From an uncultured Spirochaetota bacterium (GTDB taxonomy: Bacteria; Spirochaetota; Brevinematia; Brevinematales; JAOACQ01), in the NCBI GenBank assembly GCA_963835575.1, contig CAWIGG010000002.1, positions 512,001 to 576,000 on the forward strand: a stretch of 64,000 nt of DNA, written 5' to 3'. Positions 60,716-64,000 of the stretch are shown one piece after another (positions within the stretch are counted from its first letter, which is position 1; every line of letters begins with the position of its first letter). The translations under genes were made by a program, and so were the position numbers. Under the pieces are notes generated by a model. It ran no database searches and was not told the DNA's origin. It saw only the letters and a program-made list of their open reading frames with translations.

Positions 60716-61630
60716 TTATCCGATTTCTACGATTGTCGCCCCTCTTCCCCCTAGATACGGCGGCGCGTCGTAGAAATCCTTAATCCCCCGGCTTTTTGAT
60801 AATATGCTTCTGACGATTTCCCTCTGTACACCTCTGCCTTTTCCATGAATAATACGGATCGATGTATATCCTTTTTCCCGAGCGAATTTTAAATAATCCG
60901 TCACAAGCGGGCGGATTTCCTCCGGTGAAAAAGTATGAAGATCAAGCTCTTCGGTTAATTCTACATTAACAATTTGATTTAGTCCATTTATTTCAATAAT
61001 ATCCGAAGGATTGTTTAAGATATATTCCGGCTTTTGAGACAGGTCTTTTTCATCAAAAAAGCCCCATGAGCAGAAGGCGAAATCAATCCCGCAGTTTGCG
61101 GCAAAATCTCCGTCAACAGGGCTGTCCCCGATCATCAGAACATCGCCCGGATCGAGATTTTTTCCTTCATGTTTATAGTAAGCGATAATTTTATCAAAGG
61201 ATTCGCGGTGAGGTTTGATGTTTTTTACATCTTGCTCTGTGATAATGCAGTCAAAATAATTCTCAATTTCAGCCGCCTGCAGTGAAAGCAGAGTGCCTTT
61301 CTGTCCTTTGTTAGTGGCAATAGCAAGAAGGAGCTTATTCTTCAGACTGTTGAGCAGATCTCTGATGCCGTTAAAAAGCTTCTGGTATTTTGATATATAT
61401 TCAAAATAGTATTGACGGTAAATTTGAAGGATCTTTTCTTCATTGTCCTGAATGCCGAATTTCTGCAGAGTTGAATTCAGAGATTCAAGGCCGATGAATT
61501 TTTCACTAATCTCATAATCATGCGGGTCTTTACCGAAATAAATCAGAGTATCATTTATGGATTTAAATATGGCTTCCCGACTGTCAAGAAGAGTCCCGTC
61601 CAGGTCGAAGATATTAAGCAGATATCTCAT
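60716..61630 (-). CDS. HAD phosphatase (phosphoglycolate phosphatase-like) fused to an Smr domain
   Basis: FDLDGTLLDS, ATNK, KPH, MIGDSPVD; C-terminal LDLHTF...IRIIHGKGRGVQR...GGRGAT. Confidence 0.88.
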   Translation of the reverse strand: MRYLLNIFDLDGTLLDSREAIFKSINDTLIYFGKDPHDYEISEKFIGLESLNSTLQKFGIQDNEEKILQIYRQYYFEYISKYQKLFNGIRDLLNSLKNKLLLAIATNKGQKGTLLSLQAAEIENYFDCIITEQDVKNIKPHRESFDKIIAYYKHEGKNLDPGDVLMIGDSPVDGDFAANCGIDFAFCSWGFFDEKDLSQKPEYILNNPSDIIEINGLNQIVNVELTEELDLHTFSPEEIRPLVTDYLKFAREKGYTSIRIIHGKGRGVQREIVRSILSKSRGIKDFYDAPPYLGGRGATIVEIG

Positions 61631-61736
61631 TTTTCCCCGCTTGGATTGATTTTTAAAAAAGATTAAAACTTTTCTTAACTTCTGATATTCTATATAATAT
61701 ATGATTGATTGTAAAGCTATTTTAAAAATTTAATAA

Positions 61737-61879
61737 AGGCATTTCCATCCCTCACTAGTTTGTCAGGCTGAACTTGAGTGGCAATCAAACTGGTGAGGGA
61801 TGGAAATGTATAAAATCTTAAACTGGAAGAATAAGATGTTCTAAATTCCTTAATATTTTGTCGGTTTATTAAATTTCAA
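61737..61879. mobile_element. MITE-like element, family A copy 2 (right end decayed)
   Basis: Roughly 85 percent identical by hand alignment to 5507-5638; same hairpin. Confidence 0.75.
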
Positions 61880-61894
61880 ATAAAGGAGTGTTTT

Positions 61895-62575
61895 ATGTAT
61901 TTAGGAACAATTGTAAATACCGCTGCTGTAATGGTTGGAAGTCTTATCGGCATTTTATTCCGTAAAAGACTGCCGGCAACTCTCACAGATATTATATTTC
62001 AAGCTTTGGGCCTCTGTACGCTGGCCATCGGTGTGACGATGATACTGAAAGTAAATAATATACTCATAGTGATATTCAGCCTCATTATCGGCGGAATAAT
62101 CGGCGAAGTATTCAAAATGCAGGAAGGGGTTGACAGGCTTGGAGAGTATTTTAAGAATAAGCTTCAGTCAGGCAATAAAAAGTTTTCAGAAGGATTAATC
62201 GGAGCGTTTCTGATTTTCTGCATCGGCTCAATGACAATTATGGGCTCAATTCAGGAAGGGCTTAAAAATGACCACACGCTTCTTTTTACAAAATCCATTC
62301 TGGACGGTTTCACGGCCATAGCGCTCGGAGCGGCTTACGGAAGCGGTGTGTTCTTTTCTTCCATTCTTTTGCTGGCTTATCAGGCGCTGTTGACTTTTCT
62401 GGCAAAATATCTTGGAAATTACTTTTCCGGGTATGTTATAAATCAGCTGATTGCCACGGGAGGATTGCTTGTATTAAGCATCGGGCTCAGTCTGCTTAAT
62501 ATTAAAAAGATAAAAACGACCAATCTCCTTCCCGCCCTTGTCATAGTTGTCATTTTAGCTATATATATAAAATAA
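61895..62575 (+). CDS. DUF554 family membrane protein
   Basis: GTIVNTAAV, FCIGSMTIMGSIQEG, KSILDGF, NLLPAL. Confidence 0.9.
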   Translation: MYLGTIVNTAAVMVGSLIGILFRKRLPATLTDIIFQALGLCTLAIGVTMILKVNNILIVIFSLIIGGIIGEVFKMQEGVDRLGEYFKNKLQSGNKKFSEGLIGAFLIFCIGSMTIMGSIQEGLKNDHTLLFTKSILDGFTAIALGAAYGSGVFFSSILLLAYQALLTFLAKYLGNYFSGYVINQLIATGGLLVLSIGLSLLNIKKIKTTNLLPALVIVVILAIYIK

Positions 62576-62591
62576 TAGAGGAGCGGTATAA

Positions 62592-63242
62592 TTGAAAAAA
62601 AGCCGTCTTGAAATAATTGAAATCTATAATCAGATCAAGGATCAGGTCAAGCATAGACTTGACGGGTTTTCCAGGCTGAGAGCATCGGGAACTGAAAAGG
62701 ATATATTTGAGGAGCTTGTTTTCTGCCTGATGACGCCGCAAACGAAAGCCAGACAGGCGGATAAGGCGGTCAGGCTTTTAAAAGAAGAAGTTCTTCTGTT
62801 TGAAGGAACAAAAGAAAAGTTAGCCGGCAAACTCAATATTGTCCGCTTCCGGAATAATAAAGCGCAGTATATCTGTTACGCGAGAACCCTGCTGTGCCCC
62901 GATGGTAAACCCGGCCTCAAGCGATTGCTGGATTCCATCCCGGATAAAGAGGAGAGGAGAGACTGGCTTGTTAAAAATATAAAAGGCTTCGGATATAAAG
63001 AAGCCAGCCATTTTCTCAGGAACACAGGCTATGGTCCTGATTTTGCCATACTTGACAGGCATGTCATCAGGAACCTGGCTGCTCTCGGTGTGCTGAAAAA
63101 AGGGGAAGCGGGCAACAGTACAAATAAAAAATATCTGGAAATTGAGAAAAAAATGATTCGTTTTTCAAAAGATATCGGGGTCCCGATGGATTATCTGGAT
63201 TTTGTTTTTCTTTACAAAGGAATGGGCGATATTTTTAAATGA
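62592..63242 (+). CDS. ogg: 8-oxoguanine N-glycosylase/AP lyase (Ogg2, archaeal/Thermotoga type)
   Basis: FEELVFCLMTP, RFRNNKA, HhH motif KGFGYKEASHFLRN, AILDRH. Confidence 0.88.
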   Translation: MKKSRLEIIEIYNQIKDQVKHRLDGFSRLRASGTEKDIFEELVFCLMTPQTKARQADKAVRLLKEEVLLFEGTKEKLAGKLNIVRFRNNKAQYICYARTLLCPDGKPGLKRLLDSIPDKEERRDWLVKNIKGFGYKEASHFLRNTGYGPDFAILDRHVIRNLAALGVLKKGEAGNSTNKKYLEIEKKMIRFSKDIGVPMDYLDFVFLYKGMGDIFK

Positions 63243-63249
63243 ACCGGTG

Positions 63250-63834
63250 TTAAAGCTCGTCAAGTAAAGCGCGGCGGTTGGATTGTATAATGGATTCATT
63301 TGTGATCTTTACGGTGCTCTGGCTGAGCTCTGTGTTAACCTGCTGCATCACGGCATAGTCAAAGACTTTTACCGTTGACGGATATTCCAGGCGGAGTTTG
63401 ATTTGATTTCCCGTATGAATATCTGAATTCGTGCCGTTTTCCCAGAGAACGAGTTTAGAGGTCCTTAACAGCGGCGGACCGTATTTATCCTGCAGTTTTT
63501 CTGATAATGATAAAAAATCGAAATAGCCGGGATTGAACTGGAGCGTGATGCCGTATGCCGAATCGTTATAAAACTGAATATAAAGATTGTCAATAAAAGG
63601 ATAGTAATTGGCCTTTATGATAAAAGGAACGGCATCGTTGATCTTTCCGAAAAAACGGGATTCATCAATCTTTAGAAAAGAGTTCTCGGAAAGGACATTT
63701 GTTACATCCGTTTGAGTCATTCCGAGCTTCAAACCTAAAAAAACAAACTCTTTTCTCAGGGAATAGACATTAGTTGTAAAATATAAGAAGATCAGACTGA
63801 TGATTATTAAAGAGAATATATTTTTATTGCGCAT
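63250..63834 (-). CDS. Hypothetical exported protein
   Basis: Signal-peptide-like start at ATG 63834; FLGLKLGMT...LQDKYG pattern. Confidence 0.75.
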   Translation of the reverse strand: MRNKNIFSLIIISLIFLYFTTNVYSLRKEFVFLGLKLGMTQTDVTNVLSENSFLKIDESRFFGKINDAVPFIIKANYYPFIDNLYIQFYNDSAYGITLQFNPGYFDFLSLSEKLQDKYGPPLLRTSKLVLWENGTNSDIHTGNQIKLRLEYPSTVKVFDYAVMQQVNTELSQSTVKITNESIIQSNRRALLDEL

Positions 63835-63844
63835 AATTATCGGT

Positions 63845-64000
63845 TTATGAAAACGTTTCAAGATCTTTCTTTAAGACATCTATTTTCTTCATCATCATCT
63901 TGATCTCTTTATTCTCTTTTTCAATCGTTTCGACAATCACTTTTCTCTGTTCCAGATTCGCAAGATTTTTTATTGTTTTATCAAGGTAAGCGATTTTTTC
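63845..64000 (-). CDS. C-terminal end of a coiled-coil protein (runs off the window end)
   Basis: Open frame EKIAYLDKTIKNLANLEQRKVIVETIEKENKEIKMMMKKIDVLKKDLETFS-stop. Confidence 0.6.
   Translation of the reverse strand, partial: EKIAYLDKTIKNLANLEQRKVIVETIEKENKEIKMMMKKIDVLKKDLETFS

Noticed and set aside
5507..61879. CRISPR array interpretation of the recurring hairpins
   Set aside because: Copies are dispersed, not regularly spaced with spacers, and no cas gene is present.

Overview
A 64-kb, AT-rich bacterial chromosome segment, very probably from a free-living spirochaete, judging by the spirochaete-type FlaB, the DUF2225-TPR block and a ComFB with a C-terminal extension. Housekeeping genes include tldD (partial), dapB, guaB, recQ, rnhC, trpB2, htpG, mntH, an acyl-CoA synthetase, flaB, sahR-ahcY, a plsC-like gene, an Ogg2-type glycosylase, tRNA-Gly(TCC) and tRNA-Pro(CGG). 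There is a dense c-di-GMP and partner-switching signalling set: two GGDEF proteins, a degenerate HD-GYP, ComFB, two SpoIIE/PP2C phosphatases, a STAS protein and an MCP. Two full-length IS elements have readable ends and 4-bp target duplications: an IS1182-type element that splits an XRE-cupin regulator, and a frameshifted IS5-type element. The top candidate for something new is a stand-alone 1891-aa protein with the motif order of SprA/Sov, the type IX secretion translocon, in a non-Bacteroidota host. Other candidates are a family of short intergenic MITE/REP-like elements with IS5-like ends and a covarying hairpin, a solute-binding protein without a signal peptide coupled to a diguanylate cyclase, an ATP-grasp/Fe-S/FMN-oxidase fusion, and a HAD-Smr fusion. 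All family assignments are by-eye motif recognition; no searches were run.
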